Shown: piece by piece, positions 43,930-54,488 of the stretch
How positions within the stretch are numbered: position 1 is the stretch's first letter
Layout: every line of letters starts with the position of its first letter
NCBI GenBank assembly: GCA_046723845.1
Contig: JBKOVG010000065.1
Coordinates: 2-64,001, forward strand
Reading direction: 5' to 3'
Length of the DNA stretch: 64,000 nt
Source of the DNA: Candidatus Methylomirabilota bacterium
GTDB taxonomy: Bacteria > Methylomirabilota > Methylomirabilia > Rokubacteriales > CSP1-6
Notes under the pieces: generated by a model
What the model saw: only the letters and a program-made list of their open reading frames with translations
Database searches by the model: none
What the model was told of the DNA's origin: nothing
Made by a program: the position numbers and the translations under genes

Positions 43930-45006
43930 ATGAAGATCGTCGGCATCGACACGTTCACGCTCCGCATCCCCACCGTGAAGCCGATCGCCCTCGACCTGCC
44001 CGAGCATCGGCTGGTCGTGGCGCGTATTCACAGCGACTCTGGACCCGAGGGCTTGGGCTACACGCTGGTCTTCGGCGGCGCAGGCTCCGAGGCCGTGGAA
44101 GCGTACACCCGTCGCCTGTCGGAGCTGCTCATCGGCGAGGATCCCCTCCTGGTAGGAAGGCTGTGGGACAAGATGTACCGCGCCGATCGGGGCATCCGCC
44201 GGGTGGGCCTCGCCGGCTACGCCGTGTCCGCCCTCGACATCGGGCTGTGGGACCTCGCGGGGAAGACGGCCAACCTGCCCCTGGCCAAGCTGTGGGGCGC
44301 CACCACCGACCGCGTCGACGCCTATGGCAGCGGCGGTTGGGGATCCTACTCCCTCGACGACCTGATCGGCGAGGGCACGCGCTACAAGGCGGCGGGCTGC
44401 CGCTACTACAAGATGAAGGTCCACTCCCCCGACCCACGGGTGAATCGCCAGCGCGTGGAGGCGGTGCGCAAGGCGCTCGGAGACGGCGTGCAGATGATGG
44501 TGGACGTGAACCAGAAGCTCGACGTGCCGGCAGCCATCCGCCAGGCCGAGCTTCTCGAGGACCTGGGCCTCGTGTGGTACGAGGAGCCCGCGCTGGCCGA
44601 TGACATCGCGGCCTGCGCAGAGGTGGCGCGGGCCATCCGCATCCCCGTGGCCACCGGTGAGAACAACTACACGCGCTTCGAGTTCCGCGAGCTGATCGAG
44701 CGGCGGGCCGCGCGCTATCTCATGCCCGACGTGTGCCGGGCCAACGGCTTCACGGAGACCCTGCGCATCGGCCAGCTCGCCGCCGCCTACCAGGTCACCG
44801 TGTCCCCGCACGTCGTCCACGAGCTGTCCCTGCACGTGGCGGCCACGCTGCCCAACGCCTTCCTCGTGGAGTGGATCGACTGGGTGCCCGCCGATCTCTT
44901 CGAGGGCATGCCCAAGTGCGAGGGCGGTGCCTTCCGCATCTCGGACCGGCCCGGGCACGGCATCGGCCTCACCGCGGACGCGGAGAAGAAGTACCGGGTG
45001 AGCTGA
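43930..45006 (+). CDS. Mandelate racemase/muconate lactonizing enzyme (enolase superfamily)
   Basis: MKIVGIDTFTLRIP..ALDIGLWDLAGK..MMVDVNQ..WYEEP..TGEN. Confidence 0.85.
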   Translation: MKIVGIDTFTLRIPTVKPIALDLPEHRLVVARIHSDSGPEGLGYTLVFGGAGSEAVEAYTRRLSELLIGEDPLLVGRLWDKMYRADRGIRRVGLAGYAVSALDIGLWDLAGKTANLPLAKLWGATTDRVDAYGSGGWGSYSLDDLIGEGTRYKAAGCRYYKMKVHSPDPRVNRQRVEAVRKALGDGVQMMVDVNQKLDVPAAIRQAELLEDLGLVWYEEPALADDIAACAEVARAIRIPVATGENNYTRFEFRELIERRAARYLMPDVCRANGFTETLRIGQLAAAYQVTVSPHVVHELSLHVAATLPNAFLVEWIDWVPADLFEGMPKCEGGAFRISDRPGHGIGLTADAEKKYRVS

Positions 45007-45010
45007 TCCC

Positions 45011-45460
45011 GTGGCCTCGGCGATCGTCTCCGCGCTCCACGTGCTCGCCCTCGCGCTGGGTCTGTCCAGCGTCTATCTTCGGGGGCGTGCCCTCAAGGGG
45101 CGGCTCGACCGCGAGGGGCTGCGCCATCTCTTCGCCGCGGATACGGCGTGGGGCATCGCGGCCGGGCTCTGGATCGTCACGGGAGTGCTGCGCGCCTTCG
45201 GGGGGCTCGAGAAGGGCAGCCAGTTCTACCTGCAGTCCCCGCTCTTCTGGACCAAGATGGCCCTCTTCCTGGTCGTCATCGTCCTGGAGATCTGGCCCAT
45301 GATCACCTTCATCCGCTGGCGAGTCGCCCTCAAGCGCGGCCAGCTCCCCGACACGTCGCGGGCGCGAGCGCTCTACCTCGTCAACCACATCGAGATGGGC
45401 CTCGTGGTGATCATCGTCTTTGTGGCCAGCTTCATGGCCCGCGGCTTCGGGATGCGATAG
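45011..45460 (+). CDS. DUF2214-like integral membrane protein
   Basis: Four hydrophobic helices, 149 aa, GTG start. Confidence 0.55.
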   Translation: MASAIVSALHVLALALGLSSVYLRGRALKGRLDREGLRHLFAADTAWGIAAGLWIVTGVLRAFGGLEKGSQFYLQSPLFWTKMALFLVVIVLEIWPMITFIRWRVALKRGQLPDTSRARALYLVNHIEMGLVVIIVFVASFMARGFGMR

Positions 45461-45462
45461 GC

Positions 45463-45918
45463 CTAGAGGCGCAGCGCGCGCTCGATCTCGTCCAGGTGCT
45501 CGCGGCGGTGCTCGGAGCGGCGCACGCTGATCGGCCCACCCGCTGCCCGGTTCGCCTCCATCAGACCCTCGGAGAGGTGCGCCACTCGCTCATCCGCCGC
45601 CGCCGCCGCGTCGATGGCCAAGCGGGCGGCCACGCGCGGCGCGAGGGCAAGACAGTGCGGCTTTGCCGCGTCATTGACCCAGTCGACGGCGGCCTCGTCG
45701 ATACCCGGAGGACGCGTCCCCCGGCCCTCGGGTCCCCAGCGGTCGAGGAGGGTGACGATCCGGTAATCCCAGAACGCCAGGTGTGCGAGCACCGCCGCCA
45801 CCGTCCAGCCCGCCTCCATGGGCGTGGACAGCTGCTGATCGGTCAGCCTGTCCACGAGAGTGCGCAGCCGCTCGAGTTGCTCCCGGTTCTCCGTCACGTA
45901 GGATCGATCTACCGCCAT
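45463..45918 (-). CDS. DinB-family protein
   Basis: WTVAAVLAHLAFWD..; ..HRREHLDEIE. Confidence 0.7.
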   Translation of the reverse strand: MAVDRSYVTENREQLERLRTLVDRLTDQQLSTPMEAGWTVAAVLAHLAFWDYRIVTLLDRWGPEGRGTRPPGIDEAAVDWVNDAAKPHCLALAPRVAARLAIDAAAAADERVAHLSEGLMEANRAAGGPISVRRSEHRREHLDEIERALRL

Positions 45919-45996
45919 GAAAGCCTCCCCTGTCTCATGAGATGCACCCGCAGTCATCAAACACCGGCCACGGGTCCGTGTGAAACGCGCCCGCGC

Positions 45997-47667
45997 TCAG
46001 GGGGACGGGGGCGACGGCTTCCCGCGAATCAGCGATTCCGGGTAACGCTCCAGCGTGTTGGCGAGGGCCCGGATGGCCGCGAGGGTCCGGTTCAGCTCGA
46101 TGAGCGTCTGGCGCAGGTCCGACTGAAGCGGCGAGTCCGAGGAGAGCACGGTGTCGGCGCTCTTGAGCGTGGTGTCCGCAGTCTTCAGCGTGGCGCCAGC
46201 GTTGTCGAGGGCGCGGCGCAGGTCGGGAACGAGGTCGGTGTCGACGCGCTTGAGGAGGACGTCGACGCCTTTGAGCGTCTCGTCGAGGGAGGCGAGGGCC
46301 TTGCGGGCATCGGCACCGATCTCCTCGATCTGCAGCTTGTCGAGCTTCTTGACGATGCCCGTCAGCGTCTCCTGGAGCTCCTCGAAGGTGCCGGGAATGG
46401 TGGGGATCTCCGGCGGGGTCTTCGCGGTGGGATCGCCCTTCACCTTGGGCGTATCGGGGAAAACGTCGAGCGCGACGTAGAGCTGCCCGGTGAGCAGGTT
46501 GCCGCTGCGGAGCTGCGCGCGCAGCCCCTTGTCGATCATCGTCTTCACCCGGCTCAGGCGCACGGCCGGCGACTCGGGAGGGGGCAGCATGCCCCCGATG
46601 AAATGTCTGGCGAACAATCGCTGGGGGAAGAGCTTCACGAGGACAGGCATCTGGAAGGTGAACGTGGCCGGATCGATGGACACGCCGATCCGCACCACCT
46701 CGCCGATGTTCAGGCCCCGGAAGTCCACGGGAGCGCCCGGTGAGAGCCCGCGCACCGAGCCGTCAAAGAGCAGGAGATAGGTGTCCACGACTCTGTCGGG
46801 GCGCTTCAAGGCCTCCGTCCGATCGGAGTAGAGCGTGAAGACGGTGTTGACGTCGGCGGGTGGTTCGGGGGGCGCATCCGGCTCCGTCTGGAAGGCGATG
46901 CCGCCGACCAGGATGGCCACCACTGATTCGGTCCGCACCTGCAGCCCGCTGGCGTCGACGGACACATCGATGCCACTGGCATTCCAAAAGCGCGTGTTGG
47001 GCGTGACGTACTGATCGTAGGGAGTGCGGATGAAGATGGTGAAACTGACGCCCTTGCCGTCCTTGTCGAGGGCGGTGGCCACCACCTGTCCCACCGGCAC
47101 CCGCCGGAAGTAGACCAGTGTCCCCACGTCGGTGGATCCGAGATTTTCGGCGCGCAGCACGAATTGCCGGCCTGGCTCATCACCGGTGATCATGGGCGCG
47201 ATCTCGAGACCCACGTAATTGCGCCGCGTCTCCCTCGACTTGCCGATGTCGATGCCGATGTAGGCCCCGGACAGGAGGGTGCCGAGCCCCGAGACCCCGC
47301 CCGCGGTGACGCGCGGACGCACCACGAAGAAGCGAGTGTCCTCGCGGAGGAACCCTTCCGTCTCCTTGGCGAGCTCGGCGGTCACCACGATGCCCTTGCG
47401 GTCCGGGCTCAGGGTGATGGTCTTGACGAGACCGATCTCCACGTCCTTGTACTTGATCTTGGTCTTGCCCGCCTCGAGGCCCTCGGCGGTCTTGAAGGTG
47501 ATGGTGATGACCGGCCCGCGCTCGAGGATGGCCCGCACGGCGAGCCAGCCGCCCACGAGCACGGCCACGATGGGCACGATCCAGATGAGCTGGGGAGTGA
47601 AGCGGCGCCGCGGTACGGCCACCGCCTCGGGCAGGTCGGGTGCACCGGGCTCGGGTCTATCGGCCAT
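45997..47667 (-). CDS. pqiB: PqiB/MlaD (MCE-domain) intermembrane transport protein
   Basis: N-terminal TM (LIWIVPIVAVLVGGW) followed by repeated MCE domains (ITITFKTAEGLEAGKTKIKYKDVEIGLV..). Confidence 0.85.
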   Translation of the reverse strand: MADRPEPGAPDLPEAVAVPRRRFTPQLIWIVPIVAVLVGGWLAVRAILERGPVITITFKTAEGLEAGKTKIKYKDVEIGLVKTITLSPDRKGIVVTAELAKETEGFLREDTRFFVVRPRVTAGGVSGLGTLLSGAYIGIDIGKSRETRRNYVGLEIAPMITGDEPGRQFVLRAENLGSTDVGTLVYFRRVPVGQVVATALDKDGKGVSFTIFIRTPYDQYVTPNTRFWNASGIDVSVDASGLQVRTESVVAILVGGIAFQTEPDAPPEPPADVNTVFTLYSDRTEALKRPDRVVDTYLLLFDGSVRGLSPGAPVDFRGLNIGEVVRIGVSIDPATFTFQMPVLVKLFPQRLFARHFIGGMLPPPESPAVRLSRVKTMIDKGLRAQLRSGNLLTGQLYVALDVFPDTPKVKGDPTAKTPPEIPTIPGTFEELQETLTGIVKKLDKLQIEEIGADARKALASLDETLKGVDVLLKRVDTDLVPDLRRALDNAGATLKTADTTLKSADTVLSSDSPLQSDLRQTLIELNRTLAAIRALANTLERYPESLIRGKPSPPSP

Positions 47668-48280
47668 GCGACTCCACCGGATCCCAGATCAGACGGGGGT
47701 CGAAGCTCTCCGCCGCGAACATGGTCAGCACGACCACCGCTCCGAAGGCAATGGCCCCGGGGCCGGCCTGGATGCTCATGAGGCCTCCGAACTGGACGAG
47801 GGCGGTGAGGATGGCCGCCACGTAGATGTCGATCATGGACCAGCGGCCCACGAACTCCAGCACGCGATACAGCCGCGTCCGCTGCTCGGGGGCGAGGGTG
47901 GAGCGACGCTGCACGGACAGAAGCAGGAAGGTCATGGCGATCAGCTTGGAGAAGGGCACCGCGATGCTCGCGATGAACAGGATCATGGCCAGGGGCCACG
48001 AGCCGTCGTTCCAGAGGTAGACGACGCCGCTCATGATCGTGTCCGTCTCCGAGCCGAAGAGCGAGCCCGAGACCATGACGGGCAGCACGTTCGCGGGCAC
48101 GATCAGGATGTAGGCCGCGATGAGGAGGGCCCAGGCGCGCGCCACGCTGTTCGGCTTGCGCGCGTGGAGCGCGGCCCCGCACCGTGCGCAGACGAGATCG
48201 TGGGACGGACCCGCGGGCCGATGCAGGAGGCCGCAGGCATGGCAGGCGAGATAGCCCAGCCGGGCCGCGCTCACGTTCAC
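47657..48280 (-). CDS. pqiA: Paraquat-inducible protein A family (second PqiA module)
   Basis: CHACG..CARCG zinc-ribbon pattern plus TM helices; GTGA overlap with the upstream pqiA module. Confidence 0.8.
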   Translation of the reverse strand: MNVSAARLGYLACHACGLLHRPAGPSHDLVCARCGAALHARKPNSVARAWALLIAAYILIVPANVLPVMVSGSLFGSETDTIMSGVVYLWNDGSWPLAMILFIASIAVPFSKLIAMTFLLLSVQRRSTLAPEQRTRLYRVLEFVGRWSMIDIYVAAILTALVQFGGLMSIQAGPGAIAFGAVVVLTMFAAESFDPRLIWDPVESHGR

Positions 48281-48885
48281 CGGAGCTCCTCCACCCGTTC
48301 CCACAGCTCGTGCGTGTCGAAGGAAGCGGCGGCGGCAGCCACGAGGAACATGAGGGCGCCGAACGACCACAAGGCGATGCCGGGCACGACGGAAGCCAGG
48401 TGGGCCAGCTTCGTCAAGGCGACCAGGGTGCCAAGCATGAACACCTCGACCATGCCCCAGGGACGCACCGCGTGCACGGTGCGGAACACCGCGGGCAGTC
48501 CCTTCGGCACCCACCCCAACTTGAGGGGCAGGAGCATGTAGAGGAGAGCGGCGATCTCGAGGGCGGGCATGAGGATGGTCGTGGCGAAGACGAGCCCGGC
48601 CACACTCCCCATGTCCCCGTCCCACAGTTTCTGCACGGTGCCGAAGAGGGTGGTGGAACTGTGATGCCCGGCCGCCGCCAGCCCCACGATGGGGAACGAG
48701 TTCGCGATGACGAAGAGCACGGCCGCCCCCATAGAGTATGCGAGGGTGCGGTCGAGCCCGTCGACGTTCCGTCGATACAGCACGGCACCGCAGCGAGGGC
48801 AGCGCGCCTTCCCACCCGGAGGCAACGGGATCTCGCGCTGGAGCAGGTCGCAGTCGTGGCAGGCGTGCAGATGGGGCCCCTGCAT
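48277..48885 (-). CDS. pqiA: Paraquat-inducible protein A family (first PqiA module)
   Basis: CHDCD..CPRCG plus TM helices. Confidence 0.8.
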   Translation of the reverse strand: MQGPHLHACHDCDLLQREIPLPPGGKARCPRCGAVLYRRNVDGLDRTLAYSMGAAVLFVIANSFPIVGLAAAGHHSSTTLFGTVQKLWDGDMGSVAGLVFATTILMPALEIAALLYMLLPLKLGWVPKGLPAVFRTVHAVRPWGMVEVFMLGTLVALTKLAHLASVVPGIALWSFGALMFLVAAAAASFDTHELWERVEELR

Positions 48886-48951
48886 CAGGCGGACTATAGC
48901 GCGACTCGGACGGGAGGACCACAGAGATCGCGGTCCCGGGGATGGGCTTGC

Positions 48952-49773
48952 TCAGCCTCCGGAGCGACGGCGGGAGCGGACGTAGGTCAGCACGGCGCCG
49001 AAGAGGACGATGAGCGAGGCGTAGAAGACCCACACCGTCATCACCACCACCGAGCCGGCGGCGCCGTACGGCGAGCCGAGGGTGGTGTGGCCGAGATAGA
49101 GCCCGATGAAGCTCTTGCCCACGGTGAAGAGCACGGAGGTGGTGACCGCGCCTATCCACACGTCCCGCCACGCCACTGGCGCGTCCGGCAGCACCTTGAA
49201 GATGCCCGCGAAGAGGATCGTGATCACGACCAGGGACACGATCACGTTGGTGGTCTTGAGGAGAAGCGCGGGTTCGCTCAGATCGCCCAGGGCGCTCTCC
49301 CCCACCGCGGCCACCGCCGCGCTCACGAGGAGGGAGACGAGAAGAAGGAAGCCCACCCCGAGGACCATGGCGAGGGAGAGCAGCCGCTCCTTGACGAACA
49401 CCCACAGCATGTTGGCCTGGGGGTGCCCCTCGACCTTCCAGATGCGGTTCAAGGCACTCTGCAGTTGCACGAAGACGGAGGTCGCTCCGAGGAAGAGCAC
49501 CGCGATGCCCACGATGACGGACAACCGTCCCGTGTGGGGATCGCGCGCGTGCCGCAGCACCGTCTGTACCACCTCGCTGCCCTCACTGCCCACGAGGAGA
49601 CGCATCTCGTTCACGATCTTGCCTTCCACGACCGCGCGGTCGAACACGAGACCGGCCACCGCCACTGACATGAGCACGAGGGGCGCGAGGGAGAGGAGGG
49701 TGTAGTACGACAGCGCGGCGGCCAGCTCCATGGGGCGGATGGACCAGTACTCGCGCGCGATGTCCTTCAGCAT
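48952..49773 (-). CDS. YihY/BrkB family membrane protein
   Basis: [24 protein letters not shown]..; six TM helices. Confidence 0.8.
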   Translation of the reverse strand: MLKDIAREYWSIRPMELAAALSYYTLLSLAPLVLMSVAVAGLVFDRAVVEGKIVNEMRLLVGSEGSEVVQTVLRHARDPHTGRLSVIVGIAVLFLGATSVFVQLQSALNRIWKVEGHPQANMLWVFVKERLLSLAMVLGVGFLLLVSLLVSAAVAAVGESALGDLSEPALLLKTTNVIVSLVVITILFAGIFKVLPDAPVAWRDVWIGAVTTSVLFTVGKSFIGLYLGHTTLGSPYGAAGSVVVMTVWVFYASLIVLFGAVLTYVRSRRRSGG

Positions 49774-49828
49774 GAGAGATGGCCGGCGCGGGCGGGGCTC
49801 ACGGCCGACATGGTAGCATCGGTGCCCC

Positions 49829-50284
49829 ATGGACTTTGGCATCGTCACGGCCAAAGTGGACGAGATCGGCTACATCACCCATGCCGAGAATCTCGGCTTC
49901 ACCCACTGCTGGGTGACGGACAGCCAGATGATCCGTTCCAACTGCTGGGCCGTGCTCGCCCTCGCCGCGCGCGACACGCGGCGCATGCGCCTCGGCACCG
50001 GGGTGAACGTGCCGGGGCTGCGGCTCGCTCCCGTGGCGGCCAACGGCATCGCCACCATCAATCGGCTCGCCCCCGGCCGCTGCTTCATCAGCTTCGGCAC
50101 CGGTCACACCGCGATGCGGACGCTGGGGCAGCGGCCCATGCGGCTCGCGCCCTTCCGCGAGTACGTGCAGGTGGTGCGCGCGCTGGAGAAGCAGGGGCTC
50201 AAGCAGATCATGCTCTATCCGCCGCTCAACCGGCAGTACCGCGTGATCGAGGACTTCGCCGAGTCGGTCATGGCGCGGCTCTGA
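49829..50284 (+). CDS. LLM-class oxidoreductase, abnormally short (151 aa; apparent internal deletion)
   Basis: The N-terminal LLM pattern ([23 protein letters not shown]) joins directly to a C-terminal-like tail. Normal LLMs are ~280-330 aa. Confidence 0.5.
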   Translation: MDFGIVTAKVDEIGYITHAENLGFTHCWVTDSQMIRSNCWAVLALAARDTRRMRLGTGVNVPGLRLAPVAANGIATINRLAPGRCFISFGTGHTAMRTLGQRPMRLAPFREYVQVVRALEKQGLKQIMLYPPLNRQYRVIEDFAESVMARL

Positions 50285-50286
50285 GC

Positions 50287-51132
50287 GTGCTCGAGACCAT
50301 CCAGACCCCGGAGGGCCTCTTCACCGCGGAATGCGCGGGGTCGGCCGGCGACCCGCTCGTGCTGCTCCTCCACGGCTATCCGCAGACACGGCATTCGTGG
50401 CGCGAGCAGGTGCCCGCCCTCGGCGCCGCGGGCTATCGCGCGGTGGCGCCCGATCAGCGTGGCTACTCTTCCGGCGTCCGCCCCGATCCCTCGTGGCTCG
50501 CGGCTTACGGCATCGACCGGCTCGTAGCCGACGTGCTCGACCTCGCGGCGGCGAGCGGCCACGCCACGCGACCCTTTCACCTCGTCGGGCACGACTGGGG
50601 CGGGCAGGTCGCGTGGATCACGGCTTTCCGCCATCCCGAGCGCCTCGCCTCGCTCACCGTTCTCTCGCGCCCGCACCCCGCCGCCTTCCGGCGCGCCTTC
50701 CGCGACAACGTCGACAACCAGCAATACCGCTCGCGCCATCACAAGGCCTTCCACGATCCGGCCACGGCCAGCCGCCTCCTCGAGGACGGCGGCCGCCGCC
50801 TACGACGGCAGCTCCGGGAGAGTCATGTGCCCGAGGCGGCGGTGGAGGAATACCTCTCGGTGCTCGGCGATCCGGGCGCGCTCGAGGCGGCGCTCGCGTG
50901 GTATCGTGCCGCGGGCACCCTCGCCAATATGGAGATCGGAGCGGTGACGGTCCCCACCCTCTACATCTGGGGCGAGGACGATCACAGCGTGGGGCGCGGG
51001 GCCGCGGAAGGCACGGCCCAGCACGTGTCGGGTCCCTATCGCTTCGAGGCGATCCCCGGCATCGGCCACTTCGTCTCCGACCAGATCCCCGCCGCCGTCA
51101 CTCGCCTGCTGCTGGCACACCTCTCCCGCTGA
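50287..51132 (+). CDS. Alpha/beta hydrolase (epoxide-hydrolase-like)
   Basis: [27 protein letters not shown]. Confidence 0.85.
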   Translation: MLETIQTPEGLFTAECAGSAGDPLVLLLHGYPQTRHSWREQVPALGAAGYRAVAPDQRGYSSGVRPDPSWLAAYGIDRLVADVLDLAAASGHATRPFHLVGHDWGGQVAWITAFRHPERLASLTVLSRPHPAAFRRAFRDNVDNQQYRSRHHKAFHDPATASRLLEDGGRRLRRQLRESHVPEAAVEEYLSVLGDPGALEAALAWYRAAGTLANMEIGAVTVPTLYIWGEDDHSVGRGAAEGTAQHVSGPYRFEAIPGIGHFVSDQIPAAVTRLLLAHLSR

Positions 51133-52021
51133 CCGTCGGCCGCGCTCCCGTCACCCCGATGGCCACCCCGCCCAGCACGAGCGTGATGGCGAGCACGAGC
51201 GTCAGGGTCAGCGGCTCGCCCAGCCATACGGTCGCCGTGACCACGCTCACCACCGGAGTGGCGAGGAGGCCGAGCGAGGTGGTGACGGCGGGCAGGTGAC
51301 GGCTCGCCATGGCGGCCGCCCAGTACGCGACGGCGGTGCCCGGGATGCCCAGGTAGAGGAGGAGACCCACGAAGGTCGGGCTCCAGTCGACGCGCGGCGG
51401 CGGGCCCGTGGCCAGGGCGATGGGCGTGAGGATCACCGTGGTGAGCAGCGTCTCCCAGGGGATCAGCACGAACGGCGTGGAGATCCAGCGATGCGCCCGG
51501 ATGTGCACGATGCTAGAAGCCCAGAGGAGCGCGGCGAGCAGAACGGCGAGATTGCCGAGGACGATCCGGCGATCACTCCAGTCGAAGGTGAGCGGGTTGA
51601 AGAGCGACACCAAGCCCGCGAGCCCCATGAAGACGCCGAGCATCCGCCGGCCGGTGAGCGGCTCGCCCAGGAGCAGCGCGGAGGCCGGCGTCACCCAGAG
51701 CGGCGTGGTGTAGGCGAGCACCACCGTGCGGCCCGTGGGCACGAGCCCGAGCCCCCAGCTCGCGAGGAGGTTGAAGCCGATCATGTGGAGCAGCGTGATG
51801 CTGACGAGCACGGGGAGGTCGCCCCGCGGCGGCCGCGTCACCCGCCCGCTCATCGCCTGGAGGGCGAAGAGGGCGACGGTGGCGATGGCCGAGCGCAGCG
51901 TCACCGCCCAGAGCGGGGAGAGGGTGGCCAGCACCACCTTGTTCACGGGCCAGGTGAAGCCCCAGGCGAGCACGACGGTGACGAGGGCGAGGACGCCCTG
52001 ACGGCGGGAGCTGGATCCCAC
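51098..52021 (-). CDS. DMT-superfamily (EamA) transporter
   Basis: 10 TM helices, duplicated EamA pattern. Confidence 0.8.
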   Translation of the reverse strand: MGSSSRRQGVLALVTVVLAWGFTWPVNKVVLATLSPLWAVTLRSAIATVALFALQAMSGRVTRPPRGDLPVLVSITLLHMIGFNLLASWGLGLVPTGRTVVLAYTTPLWVTPASALLLGEPLTGRRMLGVFMGLAGLVSLFNPLTFDWSDRRIVLGNLAVLLAALLWASSIVHIRAHRWISTPFVLIPWETLLTTVILTPIALATGPPPRVDWSPTFVGLLLYLGIPGTAVAYWAAAMASRHLPAVTTSLGLLATPVVSVVTATVWLGEPLTLTLVLAITLVLGGVAIGVTGARPTVSGRGVPAAGE

Positions 52022-52161
52022 GATCAGCGACGCCGATGATCGAGAGGCCGCGACATCGCCCGCGATAGTGCCGCGCGAGCGCGGACGGCGTCAAGTTTGA
52101 CTGCCCGCGCGGCCTCTGGCAGGATCGGCGCGTCGATCGTCGCTCAGAAGGGAGACAGGCA

Positions 52162-53106
52162 ATGACGCCAGAAGACATCCTCACGCACCCCGCCCGGGTG
52201 CTCACCCCCGAGCAGCGCCGCTACTACTTCGACAACGGCTACGTGGTGGTCGAGAAAGCCATCGGACAGCCCTGGCTCGACCGGCTGCGCGCCGCCTCCG
52301 CCGAGATGGTCGAGCGGGCCCGCCCCCTGACCCAGTCGGAGCAGGGCTTCGTCCTCGAGGACGGCCACACCGCCGACCAGCCGCGCCTGCGCCGGCTGTC
52401 GAATCCCGTGGAGCACCATCCTGCCTTCTGGGAGTTCGCCTCGGAGTCGCCGGTGGCGGACGCGGCCGCGGACGTGTGCGGGCCCGACGTGAAGTTCTAT
52501 CACGCCAAGCTCAACTTCAAGTGGGCGCGGGGCGGCCAAGACTTCAAGTGGCACCACGACATCAACGCGTGGCCCCACACCAACTACTCGCCGGTGACCA
52601 TGGGCCTCTACCTCGAGGACTGCGAGCTCGAGCAGGGGCCGCTCATCGTGATCAAGGGCAGCCACCAGCGGGAGCTCTACAGCATGTACGACGAGAGCGG
52701 GCGCTGGGTGCTCAGCATCCCCGAGGAGAAGCTCGCGTGGGCGGGGCCCGAGCAGCGCGACTACCTCACCGGTCCCGCGGGCACGCTGGTGATCCTGAAC
52801 TGCCGCACCGTGCACGGCTCCGCGCGCAACGACTCGCCGCGGGGCCGGCCCTTTCTCCTCAACGTCTACTCGTCGGCGGACGCCTTCCCCTATCGCCCCA
52901 ATCCCCTCGCCAATCGCTACGAGGGCGTGATCGTTCGCGGCAAGCCGGCGCGCTGGGCCCATCACGACCCGCGTCCGTGCGAGATCCCGCCGGACTGGTC
53001 GGGCGGGTATGTCGGGCCGTGGGCGCATCAGAAGGATGCCAAGGCCCCCACCATCGAGACGGCCAAGGCCGCGCCGGGGGCAGCGAAGCGGGGTTCCGAC
53101 TACTGA
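52162..53106 (+). CDS. Phytanoyl-CoA dioxygenase (PhyH) family Fe(II)/2OG oxygenase
   Basis: YYFDNGYVVVE..WHHDINAW..GSH..TVHGS. Confidence 0.85.
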   Translation: MTPEDILTHPARVLTPEQRRYYFDNGYVVVEKAIGQPWLDRLRAASAEMVERARPLTQSEQGFVLEDGHTADQPRLRRLSNPVEHHPAFWEFASESPVADAAADVCGPDVKFYHAKLNFKWARGGQDFKWHHDINAWPHTNYSPVTMGLYLEDCELEQGPLIVIKGSHQRELYSMYDESGRWVLSIPEEKLAWAGPEQRDYLTGPAGTLVILNCRTVHGSARNDSPRGRPFLLNVYSSADAFPYRPNPLANRYEGVIVRGKPARWAHHDPRPCEIPPDWSGGYVGPWAHQKDAKAPTIETAKAAPGAAKRGSDY

Positions 53107-54368
53107 GACTTCGCGTCGCATCGCGCCCGGGCGCGACGGTAGCTGGCCCTCCCTTCACGGAGATCCTCAGCGAGAGCGCCTACCGGCGACTCTGGATCTC
53201 CGGCTTCTGCGTGAACGCCGCCCGCTGGATGGACCTGGTGGTGCTGGGCTGGCTCGCCCTCCAGCTCACCGGTTCGCCCTTCATGGTCGGGCTCGCGGTG
53301 TTCGTGCGCTCGGCGCCCATGATGGCCTTCGGTCCCTTCGCAGGCGTGGTCGCCGATCGCATCCATCGCGGGCGCGTGCTCCTCTGCACCCAGTCGCTCG
53401 GCGTGGTGACGGGCCTCGCCCTCCTCCTGATCTTCGCCACCGGTCGCGGCGGCTACGCCCCGCTCGTCGGCCTCGAGGCGCTCTTCGGCCTCCTGTGGGC
53501 CCTCGACTTCCCCGCACGCCGCACGGCCCTCTACGCGCTGGTCGGTCCCGGTCGCGTCGCCACCGCCATCTCGCTCGAGACGGTGTCCATGCAGCTCGCC
53601 AAGATGGTCGGCCCCGTGCTGGCCGGCGTGGGCCTTGCGCATTCGGGCCCCGCCGCCTGCTTCGGGGCCCTCGTCATGCTCTACGCCACAGGGCTCTCCG
53701 TCTCCCTCGGGGTGGGCCCGCGCATCGGCGCGGCGGGGCCGCGCACCTCCGCCTCGGTCACGGCGAGCCTGGGCGCGGGCGTGCGCGCGGCGTGGCAGGA
53801 GCCCACCGTGCGCGCCGTTCTCATCATCACCGTGCTCATGAACGTGCTGCTCTTCCCCTACCAGCACATGCTCGCGGTATTCTCGCGCGACGTGCTGCGG
53901 GCGGGACCGGAGTGGCTGGGCGCCCTGGTGGCCGCGGACGGGCTCGGCTCGCTGCTGGGCGCCCTCGCCATCGCTTGGAGGCGAGGCTTCGTCGCCCATC
54001 GCCGTCTCTTCGTCTCCGCCGTCCTCATCGCCCCGCTCCTCCTCATCGTCTTCACGGGAGCGCGCTGGCGCTGGGTCTGCGTCGTGCTCCTCGTGCTGAT
54101 CGGGCTGGCCGAGTCCGGCTTCGCCACCATGCAGAGCACGCTGGTGCTCCTCGCCGCGCCCGAGGAGCGGCGCGGCGGCGCCATGGGCATTCTCTCCGCG
54201 TGCATCGGCACCCAGCCCGTGGGCACGCTGTGGGTCGGCTTCCTGGCCAGCGGCATCGGCGTGGCGCCGGCGATCGCCGTCAACAGCCTGATCGCCTTCC
54301 TCACCATCGCACCGGTGGCCCTCACGCTGGCCCGGCTGGGTCCGCGACGCGAGACGACGGCCGCCTGA
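53019..54368 (+). CDS. MFS transporter (MFS_3/EntS-like); start unresolved
   Basis: YRRLWISGFCVNAARWMDLVVLGWLAL.. The conserved N-terminus begins ~53180. No ATG/GTG/TTG lies between the upstream in-frame GTG 53019 and that point (only CTG 53103). Confidence 0.65.
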   Translation: MGASEGCQGPHHRDGQGRAGGSEAGFRLLRLRVASRPGATVAGPPFTEILSESAYRRLWISGFCVNAARWMDLVVLGWLALQLTGSPFMVGLAVFVRSAPMMAFGPFAGVVADRIHRGRVLLCTQSLGVVTGLALLLIFATGRGGYAPLVGLEALFGLLWALDFPARRTALYALVGPGRVATAISLETVSMQLAKMVGPVLAGVGLAHSGPAACFGALVMLYATGLSVSLGVGPRIGAAGPRTSASVTASLGAGVRAAWQEPTVRAVLIITVLMNVLLFPYQHMLAVFSRDVLRAGPEWLGALVAADGLGSLLGALAIAWRRGFVAHRRLFVSAVLIAPLLLIVFTGARWRWVCVVLLVLIGLAESGFATMQSTLVLLAAPEERRGGAMGILSACIGTQPVGTLWVGFLASGIGVAPAIAVNSLIAFLTIAPVALTLARLGPRRETTAA

Positions 54369-54488
54369 CCGGCCCGCGTTCCCTCTGAGGTAGCCGAGCG
54401 TCGGGTTCGATCACGGAGTATGCTGGCGCAGGCTGCTCGCTCAAGAGATCGCGGCCACGTGGCCCGCCCGGGCGGCAGAGGAGCCGAC

